A stretch of 64,000 nt of DNA, from NCBI GenBank assembly GCA_038496445.1, contig JALMLS010000420.1, positions 124,001-188,000 of the forward strand. The letters are read 5' to 3'. Positions 28,253-42,873 of the stretch are shown piece by piece. Both the position numbers and the translations under genes were made by a program. The DNA is from Trichosphaerium sp. ATCC 40318. Its lineage: Eukaryota > Protista > Tubulinea. The first letter of the stretch is position 1. Every line of letters starts with the position of its first letter. The notes under the pieces were generated by a model that was not told the DNA's origin, did not search any database, and saw only the letters and a list, made by a program, of their open reading frames with translations.

Positions 28253-31200
28253 ATGTCGCATAACACGGACCTTCAACGGCGTGCAAGAGTCACGCTTAAC
28301 CACTTATCACCTCCAGAACAAGAGTACAGGCAACCTTGTGCCACAAGTGACACTAAGGTACGTAAATGTTGTTTTATGGTTACAAAATACGAGGGAGCGA
28401 GTTTTTTGGTGTGTACTGGTAAAAGGTAAATAACCGCAACGAACAGGATATTTCGTTCGACCAACAGACTAGTCATGGCGGTTACTTGGTTGCTCAAGTG
28501 CTTAAGCACTACGGTGTAAGGTACAAACCGTTTTCAACTAAAATACGTTGATACACGCCACTAAACGCTGTTAGTTGTATTTTTACTCTCGTTGGTGGCC
28601 ATATATCTCCAATCTTAACTAGCTCATCAAAACAAGGCATTCGCGTCATAGACGTACGTATAATAGTAACGTTGGCCAACTGTAACAAATTAAAACCGCT
28701 TTCGTTGCCTTTAAAACGTGTCAAGTCCCAAAAACCAAGAAAAAGTTCAAGCCTTCTTTTTTTTGTTTCAGACCAAGCACCTTACTCTATAATCATAGGT
28801 ACGTCATGAGGTTAATACTGTGTTCGCGGCCGATGCTATAGCGAGGTACACGTGAAAATACTGAAAAGGTCACGTGTCGTTTTGCTAAACAATGTAAGAT
28901 TGACAGGTTCAATTGGTGTTGCTGCTGTGACTGCAGGACCTGGCGTTGCTAACACTGTGACTGCTGTAAAGAACGCCCAAATGGCTCAATCTCCATTACT
29001 TGTACTTGGTGGTGCTACAGCTGATATTCTTAAAGGTACTTATAAATACTTGAAGTGATATCTAACGCTGAGCAGGAAAGCGATCACTTCAGGATGTAAG
29101 ACATGCTTTGTCAAAAAAAAAATTAACGTTGATCTCTTAGATTGATCAATTCGCTCTTTTGAAGCCACATGTTAAGTGGATGGCGCACGTGGGTAGTGTT
29201 AAATATATTGTACCTTCAGTAGAGCGCGCTATGTACGAAATTTTTTAGACTATGGGAACTGACTGATTCCATCAGCGCAATGGCAACAGAAGGAGTACCT
29301 GGTCCTGTATTTCTAGGTAAACTACATTCTTTTTTCTTCTTCAAATTGACAGCCGCCTTAGAATTTCCTGTTGATGTTCTTTATCCTGCTCATCTGATAC
29401 GTGCTCAAGTATCTAATGAGATGCCTAAAGGTGGTGGCCTAACAGGATACGCAACACGTCGATACCTAAACGTACAATCATCTCACAAACGTATTCCCAA
29501 TTTTTTGATTTTCGGTAGTACTATCTGGATCAGATTTTCAACGATGTGCCAAAACAGATAGCCTTGCGTCCGTACACGCCACCTAAACCAGCTATAGCAC
29601 AAGTATGGCAAATAGAACGCGTACTTTCAATGCTAGCAGATGCTAAGAAACCCACTATGATAGTAGGCTCAGGAGCTATGATGGTTCCTTCAATCGTACG
29701 TAGGTTTTTTCTAAATAGCGAATTGTTTTAACTTTTCCCACTAGGCCGCTGAGATTGCTGCTGGCGTCAAAAAGCTAGGTATGAGACCTTTATAACCTTT
29801 TATATCTCATGTGGCCCACAGGCATTCCTACTTTCCTATCTGGTATGGCACGTGGCCTTCTTGGACCAAACGCAGACTTGCATATTAAGTACGTAATATG
29901 AAAATCACCATGACATTTTTTATTATACGTGCTAAGTTATTTCTTGTGTGATTGCTAGGCATAAACGCAAGATGGCCTTAAAAGAAACAGATCTCCTCAT
30001 AATGGCAGGTTTACCATTTGATTTCCGTCTTCAGTATGGTAGATCTGTTAATTCCAAGGCATTTGTTATTGGCATCAATAGATCCAATGATGATTTGAAA
30101 GTCAATCGGTAAATCACAATTTCTCTTTGTTGCTGAGATACTGACAATGCCATTAGTGCTCCTTCATTTCCTATACTAAGTGACCCAGGCATTTTCCTCT
30201 CCCTTCTTGCAAAACGAGCACCAAAAGGTGGTTTCGGACACCAGTGGAAAGAATGGCATGCTTCACTTAGAGCCCGACATGATGATCGTGAACGAGATAT
30301 TACTGTACCTTTTTTCTTGTGTTTAATAGGTTTTTAATAATGGTTCACAAATAGGCTCAATCTAGACTGGATGGTGATTTCATTAACCCTTTGTTCTTAT
30401 GTAAAAAACTAGATGAACACATTCACAAAAAACGTAAATTCCACTTTTGATACTTAGGATTTCATTTTTCTGACTTTTACTTACTTAGGTGCTATCCTCG
30501 TTGGAGATGGTGGAGATTTTGTAGCCACAGCTTCTTATACCATTAATCCTAGAGGTCCTCTATGCTGGTTAGATCCTGGTCCTTTCGGAACTCTTGGGTA
30601 CAAACTTTGAAGAAAAAATCGAGAAAATTTACAATTGTTTTTAGAATTGGAATGGGTATGGCAATGGCTGCTAAGCTTGCAAGACCTGATCATGAGGTTG
30701 GTTTAAAAATACGTATATATTTGATTTTAACTTGTTGTTTAACAACAGGTATGGATACTATTCGGGGACGGTGCATGTGGATTCAGGTGCGTTTCAAAGA
30801 ACAAAAAAAGTGTAAATCTAACTAAAAACTAGTTTTATGGAAATTGACACTTGCGTTCGCCACAATATACCTGTTATCGCTGTTATTGGTATAAATATAT
30901 TTATTACTAGTATAGCTAAATTTACTCAATAATATCATAGGAAATGATGCTTGCTGGTCACAGATCCACAGGCACGCACATTTTCTACTTTCTTTTTTTC
31001 TTTTTTAGTAATCAGAAAACAGTCAGCAGACTGACGTCTGGTATAGGGATCAATCTGTAATCTTCCAAGATGACACAGCGTGCATGCTAGATTATACTAG
31101 CTATGAACAAGCTGCTATGGCTCTAGGAGCAGAAGGCATTTTAGTGGAACGAAATGAAGATGTTGATGATGCTCTCAAAAGGCAACATTTAACAACTCTT

Positions 31201-31319
31201 TTGTTCACTGTTTTTAATAATTCTCTAGAGCAAAGAGACTGTATGCACAGGGCAAAACAGTCGTCATCAATGCTAAGATTGGTAAGACTGATTTTAGAAA
31301 AGGGTCTCTCGCAATATGA
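28253..31319 (+). CDS. ILVBL: ILVBL/HACL2-like thiamine-diphosphate enzyme (2-hydroxyacyl-CoA lyase), about 17 introns
   Basis: [81 protein letters not shown] and C-terminal [10 protein letters not shown]. Confidence 0.93.
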
Positions 31320-31841
31320 TCTAAATAAAGTTGATTTGTTGTTATAACTGATGTTGTTCTCCACAAAGTGAAATGAGAGTTTGGCTCAAATACCGGTTAT
31401 CTTGAAGAATGATTCAAGAAACATTAGCTCCTGGGCGACAAGAACCTTATTTTGTGTTTTCTCGGTGGCATCTACAGCCTTGGCGTAGTAGTCAACTGGG
31501 ATGGTGTCGGATTCAAGTCACTGTCCGACTACAATTCTTTAAGATGATGCGAAACCGCTTGTTGACTTCTGCAGGCGCTCTTCTGATTACATTTACACGA
31601 AAAATTCATCTATAATTATTTAAAACATTTTCACTACGAGTAGCTATCAGACAGAAAAATGTACCTACAATGCGTCCTAAATAAGAAAATGTATTCAAGA
31701 ACACCTCAAGTACGGGGAGTATCATTTCAATCGCGTTTCGTAAGGATTTTTATTTATAGACGACTAAACAATCGATTAAAATGGTTTAAGTGAAACAGAA
31801 ACACAACCCTTTACACTGAAACGCGCGTACTCAAGCTCTTC

Positions 31842-33020
31842 ATGTCTGACACTGATGAGAGTAGTTCCAGTGACAACGACATGCAGAATGACAAACAAGC
31901 TGAAGAAACCTTGATCGGAGAGCTCTCAAACACATCACAAGCAAGCAACGACGCTCCGCAAGATGCTAAATCACCATGGCATGTTGGAAATGTATCAAAA
32001 AAAGAATCAGACTATGCGGTACATCTAAAAGAAGTTGAGAAGATCAGAAGGGCAATAAAACGACAAAAAAAAGGAATTTATAACTTTAACGCAACTGAAG
32101 CGATAAACCACTTCAAAACCACTTCAACAGAACTGGAAAGACGCTTCGAGCTACATAAAGGACATCGCATCCTCAAAAAGCTCAAAATAGAGCTTAAAAG
32201 AAGACAATGTTGTTTACCACTCAAAATGAAACAACCCATCTACCTATGTGATCGTTTAGGTCTTCATCGTTCTGTAAATCAAATGGACATTCTTCCACCT
32301 GAAGTTATATGGTGCATTCTATCCAAAACTGACATGAGTACGTTAAACGGGTTAAAAAACCAATGTCCCTCGGATGTTATCAAATTCTCTTTTTTTTCTT
32401 GAAAGTCTTATTGTACTAGTTGATATACTTCGTTTCAAGTCAACCAACAAGGTGCACTGTGTAGTCGTTGGTGATGAATTTATTCTCAAGCATATCGGGG
32501 ACTTGTGGGACACTAAACTTGAGAGACGCAACGTACTGCCTTTTTCTGAACTTTCTCATTTCTCTTTTTGAATTTGTTGGCGTTCTATCGACAGTGTTCG
32601 ATTTAACAACCTTATTATATATATATAACGCTTATCTACTTTCGCCTTATTGTCGTTGTTGTGCACGTGATTTTCTATTTGATTTTAAAAAATTATTTTA
32701 GGGACTTAGTTTATGGCGTGACATTCAACGCCATGCAATGGCATACAGAAAAATAAAACTGAAAGAGAACTACATGGGTGATGATACTCGTCTTGAATTT
32801 TTAGAGGATAATGTGTACAAAGTAATGAGTACTGGGGTCGGTGCTTTCATGACCTGGAGTGCAACCAGTACAGGTAAATACAGTGATATCTTCAAAAATT
32901 GATTAACAACGTTCATTAGGCACATGGCGTATTTCAAACGTATTCAAAGGTGGCTTTGACTTTGATTTAAAACTAAACGAATTCAAATACTTTTCGAGAA
33001 ATGCTGGTGATGGCACGTGA
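31842..33020 (+). CDS. F-box-like protein, multi-exon
   Basis: MDILPPEVIWCILSK F-box-like motif; downstream exons with GT-AG boundaries. Confidence 0.5.
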
Positions 33021-33411
33021 CATTTTATTTCAACAAAAAAAAAAAAAATCTGAGAAATCCAGGTTTTTTTTAACTTTGGACGTTCGTTTGTTCTAAAAGT
33101 GAACGCTCTTTCATATATATTTCATACAATTGCTCTCATATTGGGTGTCAGCAAGCGTAGAAAACAGCCTCTTTGAGAGCACATACGTGCTGCAATCAGA
33201 AATAGCGCTAATCTGTTAACCTTGGTTAGATGTGACAAGATATACAATCAATGAAGAGTTCCACTTCAAAGTACAGTTTGACCACCAAGAAACTATATTA
33301 TTTTACCCTACAAAACAATGCGAATATCCATGCTGCCGCACTATAAAAGTAAAGTAGAGCAAGTTCACTAGTGACAGTTATTTATTTCAGTTAAGTGATA
33401 CTAATAAACGT

Positions 33412-34819
33412 TTATTGTTGCTGCAATTGTTGTTTTCTATACTTTACAAATTTGACACGCTCGACCATATTGAATTTGAGTTCATCCATTACATCACCTG
33501 TAACGTCTTTTAGTGTTGCATTGATTTCATTAAGAACTAATCCAAGCTCTTGAGCTCTTATGTCAGTCAATCCGGCTTTCTTTAAAAATTGTATCCACTC
33601 GAGTTTTTCTGAATCATCATAAATATTCATGGTGGTTGATTCAGCTGGTGTCAAGGAAAATAAACCCTAAAAGAACCTGAGCATGTAATGGCAATGATAA
33701 GGGTATTGTACTTTGTCATCATAAACTGATTCAAAAGGTTTATTTTGCCAAGACTTGTCGCCTACAAGTTCGTTTACATCCACATCTGGAAGTTGTTGAA
33801 AGCTCTTGTCAATATGCTAAAAACGTGTGAGTATTGCTCTTGTCTCAATTACGTTACCTGATTATCTTCAACACGTGGATGTTCATGTATGGCGTTTAGT
33901 GCATCCTCGATAGCATCCATGTCATTGGAATTTTGCCCAAACTTGATTGGAACCTCATCTTTGACTGTTAAACGCAATTCTTTTGGATCTTCTTTGATTG
34001 ATGTGTTTGAAGGAAGTTGTTCATTACATTGGTCTGTCTGATTAGAAGAAGAACTGGAACCTGTAGTCAAACGTTTTGTGTTCATTTTAAGCTCATTTGT
34101 TGAGGTCTTAGAGCTGTGGGTATCCTTCACTGTTGGTGCAATAGGTTTAATATTAGTAGCAGTAGGTTTTACTACAAGGGATTCAGGTGTATACACAACT
34201 CGTAGGAAAACTTGACCAAAAACACCAGCTGCTTTGGGTGGCCTAAAAGGCAAGTAAGCAACTATTGTTTGGATGTTGACAAATCAGGTTCTCTTTGTCA
34301 CAAAAATTAGATAGTGTACTTGTACAAGTTAAACCACCCTTCCTTCTTCATGAATAATAAGAAATATAATGTATAAATACAATGCATAAAGCAATAACGT
34401 ACCTTGACAATACGCATTTGGTCCTTAAGCCTTGTAACTAGCAGTTTTACTTCACCGAAAAACCAGTTTCTTATCACAATATTGCGATTCTACAGTTGAA
34501 TTACAGCATACCTTTTTGTTGATTTTAAATGATTTGCGCACGTGATGCAAAAATCTAATTAATCACATACTGGGTGTCTTTGTACAAATTAAACTCTACT
34601 TGTTCTGTCCATTTTGGGTTTGTACCAACAGCATCTTGGGTCCTAAACTGCTGGTTGCCTACTGTAATTTTACAATATGGCGTCACTACTAGGTATTAGT
34701 TATGCTTTACGTACTTTCTACCACCCTTTTCTATTCAAGTTTTTATTAGGCAGCCCTCTGGCTTCTTGAACGTTAATACTGATGATTCCAATGACTGGGG
34801 CTGCGCCAGAGCCATTCAT
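33412..34819 (-). CDS. C2-domain protein with a C-terminal SAM-like helical domain; frame anomaly near 34680
   Basis: IGIISINVQEARGLPNK, PYCKITVGNQQFRT..GTNPKW.E.VEF, FFGEVKL, WFNL and GQVFLRVVY; C-terminus WIQFLKKAGL..LKFNMVERVKF. Confidence 0.7.
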
Positions 34820-35121
34820 TCTTTCTGGAGCTTTATTGTTCTCAATAGTTTACTAGAGCTTCACTACGTAACAGTAATAATCCAAAATGGTACCTTTATC
34901 TCTTCTTACACGTGTTTATTAAAAAGGAACTTAATTGAATTCGATTCTCACCCTGGACTTAATCCAAATTCTCGGCCTTGGTTGCACCTTTAATACTGGG
35001 TTAACCCTTAGCTGAGTACTATGACTTTAAAAATATAAACTAGGTGTAACTACGCTATGCTGTAACGTAACAATACAGTGTAGGGGTACAAATGATTTTT
35101 TATAATCATTGGTTATTATTT

Positions 35122-37203
<2,082 letters not shown>

Positions 37204-37281
37204 GAGTAGTTTTCGTCTGTTCCAATTTTAAAGTCTAAGTTAGTTGAGTAGTAACTTAATCCATAATTGAATGTCCCCGAC

Positions 37282-38699
37282 ATGTCACAGCAACTCAGTG
37301 CACCCACACATCGAACGTTGAATAATGAACCTGAAGAACCGGCCAAAAAGCGGCTGAAAACTGAAACGCTTGTAAAACAGCACAACGGTAGCCACCATGC
37401 TGTGACATTGCCCACACTAGAGAATACTGGCACAGTGGCACCTACCGATAAAAGTATAGTTGACGCGCCGACGCAAGCAGTCTTTTCCCCTAATGTACAT
37501 GCAAAGCTTATTGCCTTGTCATCAAAAGATCAGAACGTACGCAAAAAAGTTGTTTCGCATATTTTTTTAGTTATAGCATCGCTTTCTTCTAATCATCCAC
37601 AACACAATACACAAACCAGAGCGAAAGTAAAAACGTTTGAGCTCAAGATATATGGATTTTGAGTTTTTTACCTCTCTCTTCAAATATCACAAACCTTCTT
37701 TAACTGTTCTGTTAGAAAAGCTCAGACGCATTAATGGGCCTTGTGGGTACGTGCATGTGACTTTTAGCCCAAATAAAGGCATGTGTATTGTCTTTAAATT
37801 ATCAGTTCAAAGTACTTTTTGTTTTTATGTTTTTATTTTATTATGGGTTTTTTTATGTTTAACCGAAGAATAACAAAAAAAAAAGATTCATTGGTGTCTT
37901 CTGATGACATTGATTTTGTAACGTTTATGGACTCTCTAAAGACAAGTATTGAAGATAAATTATCTCGGTTGACAGCTAACAAGCTCATGAAGAAACACTT
38001 TGTAAAACGTTATACAACTTGGGCTGCCGCTGAACTACGCTTAGAGGTAAGAGAAAATAATAACAGCATTCAAAGCAACGAAAAAAGAAAACCCAAAAAC
38101 CCATAAACCAATAACACAATATTTGATAAAAAACCTTTTTTTTTTGGCTTGTCAAGACACAGCAACGTCGGTTTTTTACTTTTCCGTTGACTGGAGCTAA
38201 AGTCCCGAAAAACAGAAAAAAAAAAAGTTGTTATGTGCTGACTGACGTTGGTTTTTTTCATTAGGAGAGAAAGGTATTGGATAAGCTAGTAAAATCACTT
38301 CAATTCGAAAAAGCAAGTGTTTCTAGTCAGATTCTATCAGATGGAAATATTTATTCTGATTATTTATGTTCTACATTCACTTTGGGAAAAGATCCTGTTG
38401 TACACTTCAGTTTTGAAGCGTTATCCACATGTAATCAAAACTGGCCTTCTAATCTACATCAAGTTTCGTTTACAATGGACAAGACTGCGTTACTAAAGTT
38501 TGTATGTGATAATGGAGAGTATGCTGCTTTTAATATGGATCCTATAAAGCGACAGTTCCCAGAGTTAAAGAAAATAAGGACTGCGTCTTCTATTTTCAAG
38601 TTTCTAGCGCTCATGTGTGATTTAAAGCCTGCTAGAGGTATTGATTTTTTTAAAGAGATCCGATATTTTAACTGGTACGCCGAAAATATATACGAGTAA
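37282..38699 (+). CDS. Hypothetical protein with an NLS-like EPAKKRLK motif, multi-exon
   Basis: Consecutive coding-like ORF segments (37267.., 37637.., 37819.., 38277..38699) separated by GT-AG A/T-rich introns. No family recognised. Confidence 0.55.
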
Positions 38700-39298
38700 A
38701 TGAATGAATAGAAAAAACAAAAAAAAAAAAACATTGTGTATACATTTTTGGCGTTATGAACAAAACAATAATAAAAAATCAAATCCCAAACCGTCGTATT
38801 CAGTTCTAAGATGTACAATGCACTTGTTGGTTGGATTGAGGAGGCGCTTAACATTAGCAGATCTTAATTCTACCAAATACACGCCGAAACGCTGTAAACA
38901 AACTATTCTACGCGTGTGGCGTTGCTCTTACATGATCACATCGCTGTTTTGGGATGTGGGAAAAACCACAACTTAGCTCGTAACATAGTTTTACCTGTGT
39001 TCAGCACGACGCTTTATTAGCAAATATTCGAACACGTGTTCACGAGAAACTAAAAAGTGACACTTTCTTAGCGTATTTCAACAAAGAATTGTACGTAACT
39101 TTGCGAGTGCGTATTACGCGCAGTATTTTGGGGTTCTATCCAATCAAAGAGCATTACAACAAAACAAAGGATTGACGGTTATTCTTTTTTCTTTATTTAT
39201 TTTTTTTGGCGTTGGAGTAAAAAAAGGATCATCACTACATTATATGAACGTCAAATAACCCAAATCCGCAAGTGACCGCTCCATTTAAAATGCGCTGT

Positions 39299-41141
39299 TT
39301 ACTTGATGCGCAATTCGAATCGGGAAAAGAAGATAAAGGCGACAAGGATAACAACCCAAGCGGTAATTACCATCAATGGCTCCCTGAATACGTCCATGCT
39401 TCCGTAGTTGTAAGTAACTTGGAAGTATTTGAGGTTGTGTTGGTTCACAATGTTAGATGCGCTCAAAACAACGACAGGACGACCTTGGCTATCGAGGTAG
39501 CTCTTTTTGATATCAGAGGATTGTGATACACCAGCGAAAGGCACGTGCAATTTGATGTTACTAAAAGAAAGATCAGTCATGACAAAAACTTTCGAAAAAA
39601 ATACAAAAAAAAAATTATCCAGTAGGCTAAAAACAATAACGTACGTGGCGCCTTCAGGAAGGACTACTCTAACAACAGCTTCATCGACAACAACGTTTTG
39701 TACCCAATGAGGACCAAAGGTCATGTTCAACATGTAGAATGAAGAGTCAGAGGCATCTCTGAACAAGCTGTTTTCGAGAGGAATGCTGTATCCCAACAAC
39801 CATTCGGTTTTCCAACCACCAAAGAGAGGGAATCGAGGTTCGAACTCCAATTGAAGTTTTTTGGCGCCCTTAACGTCTTTTGGACCCATATGGGATGTGG
39901 AGATGTTACCAATAGCATCTCTAAATAAAAGTTTTAGAATCAAATCGTGAGCCATCAAAGCATACCTGTAGTAAACATTGGCGGCATTAGGTGCAAGGTA
40001 TTGAGTCATTGACTTGATAGCAGCTTGGCCGTTAGCTTGAGGGTTGATCTGGTACTCGTAACGAGAGAATGATCCACGAAGAGCAGCGCCATCGTGTCTA
40101 ATCTTGTAGGACTCTTCGAAGGCAATGTTACCCCAGTGAGAAACCTTTTAAACTTGTTAACAAATGGTTTTTGCGGATGTTGATTTTTTTTTTAGCGCGT
40201 TTGTCAAACGTACCTCGACTTCTCTTTCAACACTTTTTACAGTGACGAATGGAGAGTTGTTTTCGTAGTGTACAACCATGTGGGATTCAGCGTAAGATGG
40301 AACGTCATTGTATGGACCGTATTTGATTGAATCTCCCTTAACAGTTGTAGGTGGATGATCAGAGTTTGATTGGACAGAGGATGATGCCAATTTGACCTTT
40401 TTTAAAGTAAGTCAAACGTATTTAAAGTTTTTTTTTTGTAGGATGTCCGTACAGTTGTCGTTTGCTCAGTTGTTTTATATGGAGACGCAAAGAAGTGGTT
40501 TCCCTTGTATCTAAACGCAATTAAGTGATTTTGTGCGCGTTTTGATTATTTCTTTTACAAAAACATGGTCTGTGGCGCGTACCTGACCAATTGACGTTCT
40601 GATTGGGTGATAGAGTTTGGATATGGTTCAATTTGATGAGTAAAGATCATACCGACCTTGATTGTCATTGAATCGCTTGTTTTAAGGCTCTTACCGAGGG
40701 CAACCTCATAGAATACCATAAACCTTGAAATGTTAGTGAAGACACGTAACGTGGCAGTAATAGAAAGTATTTTTTGCGCTTACCTGTTTGTTCCTTTTCT
40801 CTTGGCCTTATCTGGGCTCTTTTTGGTGGCTAATTTCGCTCCTACGTCAGTGTTAGCATTTTGCCAAATGTTTTTCGTTTGCGCAAACGCAACAAAAAAG
40901 TACCAGTAGCCTTGTCTGTTACGGACAGGTAGGATAGATTGGCCTCATCGCTTTCATCAAGACACAACAAATACTTATTAGTGGCTTCGCCTTCGTTGGT
41001 GATGGCTACTTCCACTGTGTGTTTAACAAGTTGGGTTTTAAGATCAAGCTTCCTTGTCACTTTGGTGTTAACGAGACCTTCAGAGGCTACTGCCACTACC
41101 AATAGGCAACACAGAGATAATATATGCGTGAAACGAGTCAT
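39299..41141 (-). CDS. RPN1: Oligosaccharyltransferase subunit ribophorin I (OST1)
   Basis: Signal peptide; YGPY..VHYENNSPF, EVSHWGNIA.EE, FSRYEY, PRFPLFGGWKT, VVLPEGA and SYLDSQGRPVV; C-terminal TM segment. Confidence 0.95.
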
Positions 41142-41303
41142 TAGAGCGCACTCTGATTGCAAAACTTTGCCTAGAACGAATGGTATTTGACACTCAAAAA
41201 AAGTTGCTGACGAGGCAATCTAGGTAAGTCAAAAAATGTAAACAAAATAATTTTTTTTATCACAACCTTTTGTCTTTTTATCTCTTTTTACATAATCTAC
41301 AAT

Positions 41304-42600
41304 TTATTTTTCTCCAACGGCTTTCTTGTCGCCGTGGTGGAAGTAATACTGCTTCCAGATGTTTTCTCCTACATACTTCAATTTCCACTGCAACGTGCAC
41401 TCAATAAGTTTTCCTCTACAGAAGTACCACACGTAGCTTGAGTTACTGAATTTTTCATTGCTCAATTTTAACAATTCTCGTGTCAATCCTAAAAAAAAGT
41501 CTCAATCAAAAACATGATTTCTAACATTGTCATTGTACCTGCGTCGTACACGAGCACAAAACGAAGATTGGGTCGCTCCCAACTAGCAATTTTGGCAAGA
41601 AGGTGTGGGATGTTCCTTTTGGCACGTGTCAATAATACTGGGAAAGACTAAAATTAGAGAATGATTTTCGTACTTGAGAGAAAAGTCAGTGTTTTGTGCT
41701 GTGGACGGATGACAGATCTGAAAAATGACTGTGACAGCGTCATCATGTATACTTTTCCATACTAATTCCGTTGTATCTGGACACTGGACACCATTGAGTG
41801 CCTCCTTTTCGCTCTTTAATTCCATGTCATCAGCGAAATTTATATTCTCTTTTCCTGTTATGGTTTTAAGTTGCATATTTCCTTGAGGTTCTTATTGGTA
41901 CCTATGAAAATCACGTTGGATTCCCAGTATCCACCAGCTGCTTTTTCTTTTTCAGCACGTTGTTCGCTCTAATAGAAGCTTTAGATAACAAGAAAATTAA
42001 AGGAATTTATGGCACCTCAGCAACATCAATAAAATCTGTTAGACAGTAAAATTCAGCTTCAGTGAGGACTTCCTCCCTTATGATTGCGTCTGGAGGTATT
42101 ATTATACGTCCTGATCGCATAAAATTTAGTATGATGCGGAAATGTGTGCCATCTCTGAATACAAGTCAGTGCGTTTTCAAACAATGTGAAAACTGGTATT
42201 TTTTTTTTTGGTTTTTGATTTTTAGAACTATTTCAAACCTGTCAATAAATATGCTACCGTCTTCTTGTAGTGGTATGTCATAGTTTCCATTAAAAAGAGC
42301 GCTAAATACTTGAATTACAATTGACACTTCGCAAGAAAGCCATATGGGAGTAGCGTACCTAAAGTAGGTGTTCTTGAACTTGCACATTGTGGATTTTGTC
42401 GTTGTAAAGATGTTACCACCCACGTTTAATTTTACAATGTCGTTTTTGGATTTTACGAGCTGCTCAGCGTCGTAGCGCACTGGGCGCACCTTTTTAACTG
42501 CTAATAAAGCAGTTTGGCTTTTAGCGCCAGTATTATGCCTAGAACCGCTTTTGGCGTGATGTGATTTGGTTTTTTTACTCTAAACCGGTAGTTTAGTCAT
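41304..42600 (-). CDS. KCTD-type BTB/POZ (T1) domain protein; 5' end approximate
   Basis: IVKLNVGGNIFTTTKSTM..TYF.ALF.G..DGSIFIDR|DGTHFRIILNFMRSG..EAEFYCL. Confidence 0.85.
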
Positions 42601-42873
42601 AATTGTAAAATAATCGTTACCATGAGTTCTTAAGAAGCCAGATATTTGGCCAAATACGTTACAATAGGGCGCAGATCCAAAGAATTGCAAATAGGGTCGG
42701 TTAGGCGAAAGCATAAGGTTGAAATCTTAAGCGCGTTTGGCACAAGCCTCGCTTACCTAACTTGATTTTTTACTAATCCAGACGTATTGACAACTGTGGT
42801 TATGCGTCAAGGCTTTATTTGAAACCACAGCCAGTTACCACACTTTCTGCTTTTCGTTCCGGAACTTTATATC

